Assembly (NCBI GenBank): GCA_004764695.1
Contig: SMSO01000025.1
Coordinates: 4,876,862-4,940,861, forward strand
Source of the DNA: Schizochytrium sp. TIO01
Taxonomy: Eukaryota; Protista; Bigyra: Labyrinthulomycetes
DNA length: 64,000 nucleotides
Reading direction: 5' to 3'
This document shows, in pieces, positions 20,184 to 30,698 of this stretch (positions within the stretch are counted from its first letter, which is position 1; each line of letters begins with the position of its first letter). The position numbers and the translations under genes were made by a program. The notes beneath the pieces are model-generated. The model did not search any database, had not been told where the DNA came from, and saw only the letters and a program-made list of their open reading frames with translations.

Positions 20184-21863
20184 TTACCGACGAAATACAG
20201 GGATAAAATCTAACGCCTGCAAATTTGCATCCTCACCATCTGCAAGGGGAAATCCATGTTCATCATAGTGCCTCGTGTATAGCATTGTCAAAAGAAAAGG
20301 CGAGTTTCGGTCGGCCACAATGCAGTCACGCAGTGCTTCCACAACAGACAAATGAGACAGATCTGATGCAACGAGACCACAAGTAATTTCGCGAACCCTG
20401 TCATGCTGGATTTGAACCTTTAGTCTTGAACTAGGCACATGGTGTCTTTGACGGTCGTCACCTGCGAAAAGCGAGACCGACGAAAATTGCCAATTTGAAG
20501 ATGAAGAAATGGAGCCTTGTATCGGCATGGAGAAGTCACCTTGAACAGGACCTTGAAGATATCCTGGAACTTGGATAAGGCAATTTTGAAGCCCCGGAGT
20601 CGCGCGTAAAGCAGCTATTGAACTGAATCGGCGTGGCTCTCGTGTGCTTGAGGCACGCGAAGTACTAGACTTCACCGAGTCGAGAACCTCTGTACCTATC
20701 CTCTCATTCAAGCAATATTCCTCTCGACGATAACTGTATATAACTCGGCACTTAGTGCATGTGACACAAACATTGTTTTCTTGCATTGCCTGCAGAAAGT
20801 CAAAGTGCTCATCGCTTGCTTTCTCTCCCCAAAGTTGTACCTTCCCTGTTGCACTTTCATCTTGTATTGTCATGAGAAGCATTCTCCTATGTGGATTCTT
20901 CCCGTGTCGAGAGAGCGATAAAATTCGACCAGACACAGCCACTTCATCATTTAGACGTGACATACGAAGGACTTGTAATAAAGGCTCTACCCGCTGGTGT
21001 CGAACAATAGTAATTTGGCTACCAGGCTTCTTCTCAAGTATGCCACGTTGACGCGCAATGTTTGGAAATATTTTGCAAAGATCATGACGAAGTCTTTCGG
21101 CTTCAGCTGCAAGGGGTCCTGCCCATATCTGCAGCGCTGTTCGGATTCGTGCTTCTTCGTGAGGGACGGCAAAACAATGTTGTCGCTCCGACTGAAAGCC
21201 ATGAATTGATCCAGATTTATTGCGAAAGAAAGTATCATGTAAAAGGATTGTACGGCCTACCAAAGCATGTTCTTGTGCCCATTGGCCTGCCAAGTGAGTA
21301 CAAATGATTGGAAAAAATTTGCAAGAGTGATCTCCCACTTGAAGCCCCCACTGACCCATACCAAGGGGCTGTGCATCGAGGACAACGCATAACACAGATG
21401 AATATTTCCCTGCTTTAACAGCTGAGAGCTTGCACGACCATGGTTTGCCTTTTGAAGACATTTCATTGTCTGATCTTCTTACACCTAGTGCGAGCGCGGA
21501 GCTGTTGATATTGCAGATTGTTTCTGAGTCTTGATAATGCCCTGATCCAGCATCAACACCAAGAGAATATGAAGCTAGATTATCCACAGATTCTGAGTTG
21601 TCTAGATTGTGTCGAGGTGAAGAGGAAGAAGAAGCTACTGGTTCCTCAAGGCCAACTACTTCACCCGTGGTAGTCCCACCTTGCTCTGACGAAGTGATGG
21701 CTGGGTTGACTTTTGTGGTTTCATCACGCCTTGGACGTTTTTTTACATGAACAGTCTGATCTACTTCGTCAGTTGCTACCTGGGCGATACTTCGCTCCCA
21801 CGCATCCACACGTATCTCTTCCTCTTGCGTAAGGCACTTTGATCCAACATCATAAGCCTGCAT
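20184..21863 (-). CDS. Multi-OB-fold protein resembling shieldin subunit 2 (SHLD2/FAM35A)
   Basis: Disordered N-terminus, then OB-like segments KYSSVLCVVL..LQVGDHS..AGQWA..VGRTILLHD and MLLMTIQDES..VQLWGEKA. The C-terminus DEHGFPL...ALDFIP resembles recalled SHLD2 DENSYPL...LLDFYP. First ATG is at 21863. Confidence 0.65.
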   Translation of the reverse strand: MQAYDVGSKCLTQEEEIRVDAWERSIAQVATDEVDQTVHVKKRPRRDETTKVNPAITSSEQGGTTTGEVVGLEEPVASSSSSPRHNLDNSESVDNLASYSLGVDAGSGHYQDSETICNINSSALALGVRRSDNEMSSKGKPWSCKLSAVKAGKYSSVLCVVLDAQPLGMGQWGLQVGDHSCKFFPIICTHLAGQWAQEHALVGRTILLHDTFFRNKSGSIHGFQSERQHCFAVPHEEARIRTALQIWAGPLAAEAERLRHDLCKIFPNIARQRGILEKKPGSQITIVRHQRVEPLLQVLRMSRLNDEVAVSGRILSLSRHGKNPHRRMLLMTIQDESATGKVQLWGEKASDEHFDFLQAMQENNVCVTCTKCRVIYSYRREEYCLNERIGTEVLDSVKSSTSRASSTREPRRFSSIAALRATPGLQNCLIQVPGYLQGPVQGDFSMPIQGSISSSSNWQFSSVSLFAGDDRQRHHVPSSRLKVQIQHDRVREITCGLVASDLSHLSVVEALRDCIVADRNSPFLLTMLYTRHYDEHGFPLADGEDANLQALDFIPVFRR

Positions 21864-22410
21864 CCTTGGTTTGGCCTTCCGCAAAAGGTATATTCATTCA
21901 TTCCTTGCTTTCTTCTTTTAAAAAAACTGAGTTTTTGGACAAGTAAAAGAATTGTATGGGAGCGATTTAGGAGAGAGAGTAAGTTTTGGCTTGATAAATT
22001 GAAGCTTCTATGACAGAAAGGAACTTTGAGACAACTGGGGGTGTTCTTTCTATGTACTCAACTGCGTTATCAACCTGAAATGATTTTTTCAAAATACTCA
22101 AGAAGCAATTTGAAGAAGTTAAATGGTTGCAACGTCTTGAATATACATCAAGGTAGGTTCTCATTAATTTTTATTTTATTTTATTTAAATCTTATCATTA
22201 AGATGATTATTAAATTACATAAAAATAAAAATAAATATAAAAATTCACGAAAAATAATGATATTGAATCTATGTAGATGTTTAATTTAGGAAGAGAAATA
22301 AAAATAGAAATAAAAAGAATAGATAACTTTTAAAAAGAACTATCTACCCAACAATAGCAGGAAAATACAAATCAAATTAGGCGTTGGAGAATGAGCTCTA
22401 GAACTATAAT

Positions 22411-25062
22411 CTATCGACGCCGAGTTTGCTTGAATGTTGGGGAAGATCGAGTAGGCGAAAGCTTGCGATCCCTCATATCGTATAATTCACTACGGAGGTA
22501 CTCGTTGTCTTTAGTAAGCTGGGAGAGGAGCGCATCGTCTACGTGAGAATCTGAGTTCTGAATACGTCGCTGGGCTTCTAAAGCAGTTTGTTGCACTTGT
22601 CTTTTCATGTCTTCAATAGCTCTTTCATAGGCATCCTTAACTTGTACACCCATCTCTCTCAGGATTCTTATTTCCTCATCCTTTTGGCCAATTGTTTGGG
22701 CAGCAGATGCACGTACAACACGCGTTTCTTCAACTTGAAGTGCAAGCTGATCTCGCAGCTCGCTAAGCTGGTCTGCCATCGGTTGACGTTTTCGCCCCCC
22801 AGCGTTGATGTTACCAAGACGTCGTTCTAGTTCTACTTTGGCTCGCTCAAGTTTCTTGCACTTCCCTAGTGCAGCTTCACGATCTAGAACTGCACGTTCT
22901 AGTTTTTGTTTAAACAGATCAACAAGTTCCCCAAGGCGTTCGTTTTCAACTTTTAAAAGCTTGCTGCTCACCAGATGTCCTTGGTTATCAAGTTCTTCAT
23001 GTGCTTTTTGTACAATATCTCGAGATGCAGCAGCTTTTACACGCTCCATCTCAGTACGCATCTTGACTAATAGTTGGCCTTGACGTTCTATCTGTGCAGT
23101 CTGGTTCATTGCATGTTGTTTAAGCTCTTCAAATTCAATGCTCGATCGAGAAGATTGTTCGAATGACTGAGTTCGTTCACGACAACTACCAAGCTCTCGC
23201 TTAATGCGATCAAGCTCTCGCCGCAGTGCATCCACGAGAGTATCGTCATTGCTCGTCTTCTTGAGCAGAACCTTGAGTTGCTCTTTGTAGCGCTTTGTCT
23301 CCCCTTCAAGAACCTTGCCACGAGCACGAAGAGCATGAATTGTTCGCTTAGCTTCTCCCAGCTCTCCTTCAACTTGCTCATATTCGTTTGCAAGTTTTTC
23401 CATCGCATGTCGACGCTCTTGCTCTATGGTGCGAATATCCCTTGCGGCTCGTGCATCAACGTCAGTGTCACTTCTGTTCACCGAAAAACCTGGAGAATTT
23501 AAGAATCCATCATTTGGATCCTCGCTGTTCTCTGTGCTTTGATGGTTTTGGATGTGAGCTAACTGCGCCTGAGCACGCTTCAATTTATCTTTCAATAGAA
23601 TAATTTTTTGGGCACGACCTCGCCACGCCCCTTTCTTTGCTTCATCATCGATTGTACCCGTTGTCAACTCCTCGAGTAGCTTGTCAAGCTGAGGGCCTTC
23701 TCCAACTTCTCGTAAGAGAACACGCTTCAGACGTTTGGATTCGTTGCTTGCGCGTAAGCACTTTTGTCTCATTTGATCGTATCGATGTTCCATATCTGCC
23801 ATTCGTTCAGCCAACTCTCGATGTACTTGCTCACGAATCTCCTGAATTCGTTGCGGATTGATGTGTTGAGGGTTGTTTTCATCACTGTCTTCATTTTCGT
23901 TACCAACTTGATTTGTACTAAGCTCTCGTTTCACCCGTGCACGTGCTTGGCCTCGAGCTTGAGTCTTTCGTGTCTCATTAAGTTCTTCCTCAAGTTGTTG
24001 AATTCGCGTCTTCTGGCGCTCTAAAGAAAGATGGAGACCTCGATTCTTCTTTGCCAAGGTTACAATTTTGGCGTCACGTTTATCCGGCCCACCTAGTGTA
24101 CTAGCATCTAAACCATCTACTACTCCAGTATCTCCACGCAATGCGCTCATAAGCTGCTCCTGTAGAGCTTCAATTTGCCGATCTTTCTCGTCAAGGATGT
24201 CATTTAAATTTATGTTACTGGAGGCTGATGACTTTGACGAGGCATGGTTTGATAACTTTGCAAGTTCTTGTTCATTGCCAATATGGGCCTTCTCTGAATG
24301 CAATGCTTCTGTAGTTTTATTTATAGAAGCAATCTCCTTACGATGCATCCCACGGGCCATATCATCTGCCAATGCCGCTGCGATAGCCGCCTCTTCTTCA
24401 TCAACATCTTTGTCAAGCATATGTGTGCCCATGTTGTCTTGGTGCCACACTTCTGCACCATCAAAGTTTTCGGAAAGAAAGTGCTCGGTTTCTTCATCGC
24501 TGTCTGAGTCATTGCTACTTTGAAGCTGGTGTCTTGAACATGCTTTGCTTTGAGAAACACTAGAAGAATCTGTTGAAAGATTCTCTTTATTATGTGCTGA
24601 CTCTCGTTGCTGACTACCTTTTAAGCCGACCTTTACCGTTTTAGTACCTCCGGGGCTTGTCAGAATTTCTGTTTTTGAGACGATCGATGGACGTCTCTCC
24701 AGGTCATCACAAAGCGCGTTATGTGAACTATCAACACTTTTCTCTTCGTTACTTGCTATCGTGGTATTTAAGTCTTCCTGTCTCTCAATTGCATCAGGCA
24801 ATGGCATTTGCATATCATTTTTTATGTATGGTGAATCATTCTGAGTGTCTTGTACTCCATTTCCAGCTGATGTTCTTGTCTTACTCACAGATGTTAAGGA
24901 CCTATCATCTCCTTCATTATTCTCATCTAGAGTGTCAATTGGAGGTAGTAGCTGGTCACCCTCGCCTTCAACATAACCCTCCTGCCCTAATAGTTCGTCT
25001 CCTGCTTGAATTTCAGATTGGCCTTTCAAGTTTGGCTCTGATTCTTCTTCAGATTTTGACAT
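22411..25062 (-). CDS. CCDC13: Coiled-coil domain-containing protein 13 (centriolar satellite/ciliary)
   Basis: 883 aa coiled coil with CCDC13 motifs KIVTLAKKNRGL, LLREVGE, WRGRAQKIILLKDKL and KTSNDDTLVDAL, preceded by a long acidic N-terminal extension. Confidence 0.8.
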   Translation of the reverse strand: MSKSEEESEPNLKGQSEIQAGDELLGQEGYVEGEGDQLLPPIDTLDENNEGDDRSLTSVSKTRTSAGNGVQDTQNDSPYIKNDMQMPLPDAIERQEDLNTTIASNEEKSVDSSHNALCDDLERRPSIVSKTEILTSPGGTKTVKVGLKGSQQRESAHNKENLSTDSSSVSQSKACSRHQLQSSNDSDSDEETEHFLSENFDGAEVWHQDNMGTHMLDKDVDEEEAAIAAALADDMARGMHRKEIASINKTTEALHSEKAHIGNEQELAKLSNHASSKSSASSNINLNDILDEKDRQIEALQEQLMSALRGDTGVVDGLDASTLGGPDKRDAKIVTLAKKNRGLHLSLERQKTRIQQLEEELNETRKTQARGQARARVKRELSTNQVGNENEDSDENNPQHINPQRIQEIREQVHRELAERMADMEHRYDQMRQKCLRASNESKRLKRVLLREVGEGPQLDKLLEELTTGTIDDEAKKGAWRGRAQKIILLKDKLKRAQAQLAHIQNHQSTENSEDPNDGFLNSPGFSVNRSDTDVDARAARDIRTIEQERRHAMEKLANEYEQVEGELGEAKRTIHALRARGKVLEGETKRYKEQLKVLLKKTSNDDTLVDALRRELDRIKRELGSCRERTQSFEQSSRSSIEFEELKQHAMNQTAQIERQGQLLVKMRTEMERVKAAASRDIVQKAHEELDNQGHLVSSKLLKVENERLGELVDLFKQKLERAVLDREAALGKCKKLERAKVELERRLGNINAGGRKRQPMADQLSELRDQLALQVEETRVVRASAAQTIGQKDEEIRILREMGVQVKDAYERAIEDMKRQVQQTALEAQRRIQNSDSHVDDALLSQLTKDNEYLRSELYDMRDRKLSPTRSSPTFKQTRRR

Positions 25063-26614
25063 TTGCGAGCTCCTGGAGTAAGTGATAAAGCAAACTTTAG
25101 TTTATTGTGGTCTGCTTTACAAAGTGAAAGCGACCCCCCCCCCGAGCTCCAATGACTCGCGCTGCAGTTCGCGATGGCGGTATACAACAAGACAACTGGA
25201 CAAATCAGTCAGAAAGTTGTAGCATTCGCAGAACCAAAAGCATGAACTGGCGCTGGAGTGGAGAGAGAGAGCCCTCTTTAAGGTAGCTGGTGCCTACGCA
25301 ATTGTTGACTGTGATGAGTCTTGAAAGGCTGCACCACTCCATACAAAGAAGGCCCAGCGCAATATAAAGAACAGTTTCAACCCAGTGAGGCTTGATAAGG
25401 AATAATTCAAGTTGAGCTGTAGTTCCTTCCTGTCGTAGTTTTGGGCGCTGCTTTCGAGAAAGAGGGAGCTTTATTTGTTGAAAGATGCCATCCATACCAA
25501 CGGCTAATTTTCATAGAGCGCTGTGAGCGAATAGTAGTACGTAGATAAGTACTAGGTAGGACACCTACTACTATGGATAACCAGGGAAATTCAGGAGCTT
25601 ATTTGTTCGTAACTATACCTGGCTTCATAATGCATTCTTATGTCTCTACATGCTAGCAATATAATTAGACAGTGATAATCATATGAGAAGATGAGAGTAT
25701 TCCGTGGCGATTATTAAATGTCAGCAAGAAGTATGAAAGCTATAAATACTTTTGTCCATTGGCTTTGTTCAAGATGAGAGTTCGACCCAAACGGGAGTTT
25801 TATTGACTTGCAGCCTCGGGGAGGCTCTTTGAACGAAAACAATTTACTAAGGTGGTATAGTTTTAGCCAGTCTATATGTAACGCAACACTAGACTCACAA
25901 GACCCCAAGACGTATCAGGCCTAAACTAGATGTAAAATTATACCTCAAGCCCAACTCTAGAGTCTTACTTTTCTTTCCTTCATCTTTCTTTCGTTCTTGC
26001 TTGTCAAGGGCAAACATACAAAGCTGCAGTGACAAGAAATCTAAAGCACTGCTTGAGTTAAGTGATCAACTTTGGAGGCCAACTCAAACAAAATTATTTC
26101 CATTTGTTTTTCTACCTTCTCGCATAATGCACTTATAAACCTTATCGCTAAACTAATACGAATCTATGCGGGAAAAACAAAAAATGCTTAGTATTGCAGG
26201 TATTTAAAATGTTTACACTTTTGAATTCTTGTTCAGAATTCTACTTCATATATTTAAAAAATGATCCTCGAGCTATGTATTCAAGGACCGAAGTCTGAAG
26301 GGATTAAAAAAAGGGAGATAGCATACGACAAAATGAAGATGATAATCTATACTTATTATAAAAAAGAAAAAAGATCGTAAACCCGTGAGATGTGCGAATT
26401 CTTCTAAACGGTAGTTCGAGCGTTTTCTATTCAAGAGGCCATAGTTTCTTCTGATCTTATCAAAGTATTGGTACGGCTTGTGCTGTCATTTCTTAGCAGC
26501 ACATTACAGGCAGAAGCTGGCTTATTCGCAAAGGCAAAAGTGAAAACCATACAAAATCATGTATATCATGAAGTATAAAATTTGTAAGCGTAAGTAAAGG
26601 AGGTGAACATGAAC

Positions 26615-27364
26615 TTAACCATAGTTAAGGCGAAAGACCTGGTTGCCAATAATATAAGAGGCGCCAGACTTTTGAAGAATGAACATTTGAGCGAAACGAA
26701 TTGGGTTCGCGTTATCAAGACTTTCCTGGCCGGTGAGAAAGAGCATGAGAATCTCGGTGCCATTGATCATCTGAATATCAACAGACATGTTGGGGTCGTG
26801 CTGAGCAGGAGGGAGTTCCTTAATGCGGGCCATAATTGCTTCTTGACCAGTTACAGCGTTGCCTTCGAAGCTCAAGGTAGAGCCCTGCTGGTAAAGGTTG
26901 GCGAGTTGCTGCCTCGTCTCGGGGCTTCCATCAAAGTTGGAGTAGTAGAAGTTGAGGAACTGCTTTGCTAGCTCTGCAGCTTCCCCAGGAACGTTAAAGG
27001 CATTGTTCATGCCAAGGCGGAAGATCCAGTTGTGAACATAGTAACCACCAGGGCCGTTGGGGACAAGCTGGTAGGCCTCCTGGTACTGCTGGCCCATCCA
27101 TTCTCCAGTAATAAATACGAGAATGGCACCGGAGCCCAGAGCAGAGTTCTGAGCGTCGGTTGCAGTGATACGCCGAGTGACATTTGCCGGCAGGCCCAAA
27201 CCAGTAATTTTCTGCACAATGGCGTTCTTTCCGTTGACAGTCTCACCTTCAAAGCTCAAGGTACTAACATCCTGAAAGAAATCGCCGAGCTGTTGTTGGT
27301 TAGAATCGACTGCCTGGTAGAAGGCCTGGACAAAGGCATTCGCCACACTGTTAGGATCTGCCAT
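26615..27364 (-). CDS. Nuclear transport factor 2 family protein with two tandem NTF2 domains
   Basis: Two repeats of the pattern FVQAFYQ/FLNFYYSNFD, STLSFEG, G..AI..KI, and NWIFRL/NQVFRLNYG. 249 aa is about twice a canonical NTF2. Confidence 0.88.
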   Translation of the reverse strand: MADPNSVANAFVQAFYQAVDSNQQQLGDFFQDVSTLSFEGETVNGKNAIVQKITGLGLPANVTRRITATDAQNSALGSGAILVFITGEWMGQQYQEAYQLVPNGPGGYYVHNWIFRLGMNNAFNVPGEAAELAKQFLNFYYSNFDGSPETRQQLANLYQQGSTLSFEGNAVTGQEAIMARIKELPPAQHDPNMSVDIQMINGTEILMLFLTGQESLDNANPIRFAQMFILQKSGASYIIGNQVFRLNYG

Positions 27365-28934
27365 TGTGTTGGAGGAGGGTCGAGTTTTGTGAAAATTTGT
27401 AAAAGTAGAATGAGATTTGTTTCAAAAACTGTTGCGTGAAGTCAGCTTTGAAACGCTAGCAAAGAGGTAACTTCGAAAGTTACTTCTTTAAAATGATTCA
27501 AGGATACGTGCAAACTTGCACTCCTTGTGGTTGTTTGTTTGGTATTGAGCAAACACAAACAGTCGACCGAAGATCTCGATCAACAAGTTTGAGCTTGAGT
27601 TGGTTTGACCTATCCGCCCTCAAGCAAAATGAAAAGTGCGCGATCTCGTACGCGCGAGATTCGCAGTTGTCCTGCGGGCAGTATCCGCTTGCCACTCACA
27701 AGGGAGCAAGCCACCAATCAGGTCTGGTGAGAGGACCTAGGTAGTGACTCGCTGAGGAGCGGCAGTTTTTGCTTTCGACGATCCAATCAAAGCATATCTT
27801 ATAAACTACTAGGAGTCACCTACCTAACTAGTTACTACCCTGAAAAATACAATCTAATGTAAAGAATGAATAAGAGTACTCATAGAAGTTGCATGGTTAC
27901 CTACCACGGTCTATTGGTAGAGGACTTGATTAGGCAATTTAGGTAAGCACTCCTACTACCTGCTAAAACCTCTAAATAACTACCCTGCCATTCAAAGCAT
28001 TCCAACAACTTGTCCTTTTTTTAACTAGTAGGAATTAAAAAAAAGATTTTGACTTTTTATGTTTTATAATAATAATGATAATGATACCACTATTTCATTT
28101 CATCTAGTTTTTTATATAGGCCTATATTTTAAAGATAAAAATATAAAAACGCTCTTACATCAACTAATAATAAAGTTGAACTAGGTACTATTGGTAAATA
28201 GTACCAGGTATCTTAGTTCAATGATATCTCTTCATTTAATCATGTATCGATATATATGATATATGAAGTTATAAAAGGCAAATTACATTAATCCATAAAT
28301 AAGAAAGACTCATAGTTGTACATTTTCAGTAATGCGTGATCATCGTTTTGGCTGAGCAACTTGAAGTCAAAGAATTTAAGGAGTTTCCTCTGAGAGTTAT
28401 TTCAACAGCGTGTACCCTAGGTGTTAGGTGTAAAAAAGTATTTCACAGGATATTGCAACTCCTATTAATCCTTCGACTTGGGTACCAAGCTAGAACTTAA
28501 GCCAAAGCAACAGCTACCCCAGAGAGAAGGAAATGATTCTCACATCTACGGTGGGTGTGGAGATGACAGTTTCTTCTGAAAAGAAACCAAAGACAACAAG
28601 GAAGTGGGAATGGTCTTCTTGTCAAGTAAGATTTAAAGGACTATGACGATAAGTTGCTAGTCCTGGAGACAAGCGTGCTCCGAAATGGGGGTATCACTCA
28701 GACATAATATTATCTTCCAGGTTCCGAATTAGAAGACGATGTCAATCAAAGGGATATTCGTAATGCTCAAATTTCGGAGACTGCACCAATATGGAGATAT
28801 TAAATATAGTTTGGGGTTGGTCACTGAAGAGCCTTTGAAGTATGAACTTTGTTCATACTGTCCTAGTCTTGGCTATTTTATACCACAATAGCATGCGGAG
28901 AAAACGAAAGAACTATTTAAAAAAATACTATACT

Positions 28935-30698
28935 TTATAACTCTTCAATATACTGCAGTTCCATGTCTTCCCAAGACAAGTCCCACGGCAGGTCTAAATT
29001 AGTTGAAAGTCGAACCAACTCCTTGCCAAAAAGAGCGGTATTTGCGTGTTCTTTCACCATTTTTTCTGGACGGGTCTTCGGTACTCCTTTTTGGACATGC
29101 TCAACAATAGCTTCAACGGTTCCATGCGCACTCAGAAGTTTTAAAGCAGACTTTGGCCCAACATATTTCACACCTGGAATGTTGTCTGCACTATCTCCTA
29201 CGAGTGATAGGTAGTCAATATGCTGGGTCGGGACTATTCCTGGAAACACCTTTTGGAAAGAAGCTTCATCAAGAACATCAAAAGCCTGATGAACAACTCG
29301 TGCGTAGCTTGCGGATGGAGCATCTCTGGGAAAAGAGAAAGTTCTGTTGGGTTTCAGAATCCTGGTGTTGGTGTCAATCAACTGTAGAAAATCTTTGTCA
29401 GGGGACACGATATCTACCTTTGCCCCTAGACCACGTGCTTTCACAGCAATTGTAGCAATTACATCATCAGCCTCCATTCCAGGAGGACAAACAGCATGAA
29501 TGCGTTGTTTTTGAAAACGTGCCAATGCGCTATAAAATATTTGGGATATATCATCTGGCGCTTGCTCACGATTTGACTTGTATCCTGGATAGTTCTCCAT
29601 TCGAGAAAGTGTTGATGAGGCCTCCTCTGTGTAACTTGCTGCTTCTCTAGAGAACCTTTCGATATTCAGCGTGTATTCATTAAGAGTCTCAGTGAAAATC
29701 TCTAAACTCGCGATATACTGAGTTGCCATTTGCGCGACATTTTCGTCATCATGAAGAATAGCCAGCTCCGCAACTCCAATCCGATCTCCAAGCTTTTCGA
29801 CATGGGTAGTCAGGGCTTCAATCACAGGCTGGGATTTTGCATCCACGACTTCGGCCTCCAATCGATTCGTCAACTTATCCGCTGCATCCGTAAAACTCTT
29901 TTGAACAGGACGGTCCTTCATAACTGGAGGCAGCGTTTGAGTAATCGAACAGATACTATCAAAGCTTTGTGTGATATATTCAAGGGTAGACATATCTCCA
30001 TGAAGTTCTTGCAATGTAGTAGCGACGTTTGCGGTAAGGGTAGCCATTGATTCTTCTTTAGCTACCTCAAGGTTTCGCTCTGCAGCGTCACGAGCGGAGT
30101 GAATTGCCTCTTGCCGTGACTGGCGCGCACCATGCCCATCAAAGATGATACTAACATGTGTTGGCTCAGTATACTTGATAACACGAGTGATTTTGCGCAA
30201 GTAAGATACTGCCACATGCTTCATAAATACCGTACGGTCGTCAATGTTATCAGCATTTCGCATTCCATAATACTGCCGAAACAGAAGCGGCCAGCCATCA
30301 ATCAAAAGAACATGTGCACCTCTGAGGGAAGTAGAGTCAATATCAATGTCATTTTGCACAATATCCCCGTCCTGGTTTATTGTTGTATTGTTTGAGTCAA
30401 AATCATTACTGTTACTCTCCTCAAGGGAATCAGCAATTGGAGTAATAGTAGCAGCTTTGGCCTTGGCCTTTCGTGGAGACCGTTTCTTCGTTTTAGGCTT
30501 TTCGACTACCTCGTTATCTACTATATTTAGCTTCTTCTGCCTCAGCAAGGTATCTTCAGTGTCTTCAATATCAGCAGATGGTTTTCCTCTAGATGCAGCT
30601 TTTACTGCAAGCGATCGTGTGAGGTTTAGTTGATGCCCGCAAACAGCAGAGTTTTGGCGTAAAAGCACGTGGCTCGCTTCTCGACCAAACCTCCACAT
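28935..30698 (-). CDS. Stand-alone Pol I-type 5'-3' exonuclease/flap endonuclease, probably mitochondrial
   Basis: LLIDG, IIFDG, YKSNR, GMEADDVIAT, IVSPDKDFLQL and the H3TH motif LVGDSADNIPGVKYVGPKSA. The N-terminus MWRFGREASHVLLRQ is basic and presequence-like. There is no polymerase domain. ATG is at 30698. Confidence 0.9.
   Translation of the reverse strand: MWRFGREASHVLLRQNSAVCGHQLNLTRSLAVKAASRGKPSADIEDTEDTLLRQKKLNIVDNEVVEKPKTKKRSPRKAKAKAATITPIADSLEESNSNDFDSNNTTINQDGDIVQNDIDIDSTSLRGAHVLLIDGWPLLFRQYYGMRNADNIDDRTVFMKHVAVSYLRKITRVIKYTEPTHVSIIFDGHGARQSRQEAIHSARDAAERNLEVAKEESMATLTANVATTLQELHGDMSTLEYITQSFDSICSITQTLPPVMKDRPVQKSFTDAADKLTNRLEAEVVDAKSQPVIEALTTHVEKLGDRIGVAELAILHDDENVAQMATQYIASLEIFTETLNEYTLNIERFSREAASYTEEASSTLSRMENYPGYKSNREQAPDDISQIFYSALARFQKQRIHAVCPPGMEADDVIATIAVKARGLGAKVDIVSPDKDFLQLIDTNTRILKPNRTFSFPRDAPSASYARVVHQAFDVLDEASFQKVFPGIVPTQHIDYLSLVGDSADNIPGVKYVGPKSALKLLSAHGTVEAIVEHVQKGVPKTRPEKMVKEHANTALFGKELVRLSTNLDLPWDLSWEDMELQYIEEL

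Noticed and set aside
29590-30110. Exonuclease insert as an intein or intron
   Set aside because: No C/S...HN intein ends or LAGLIDADG motifs. The candidate GT and AG sites are weak and out of phase, and the frame is fully open.
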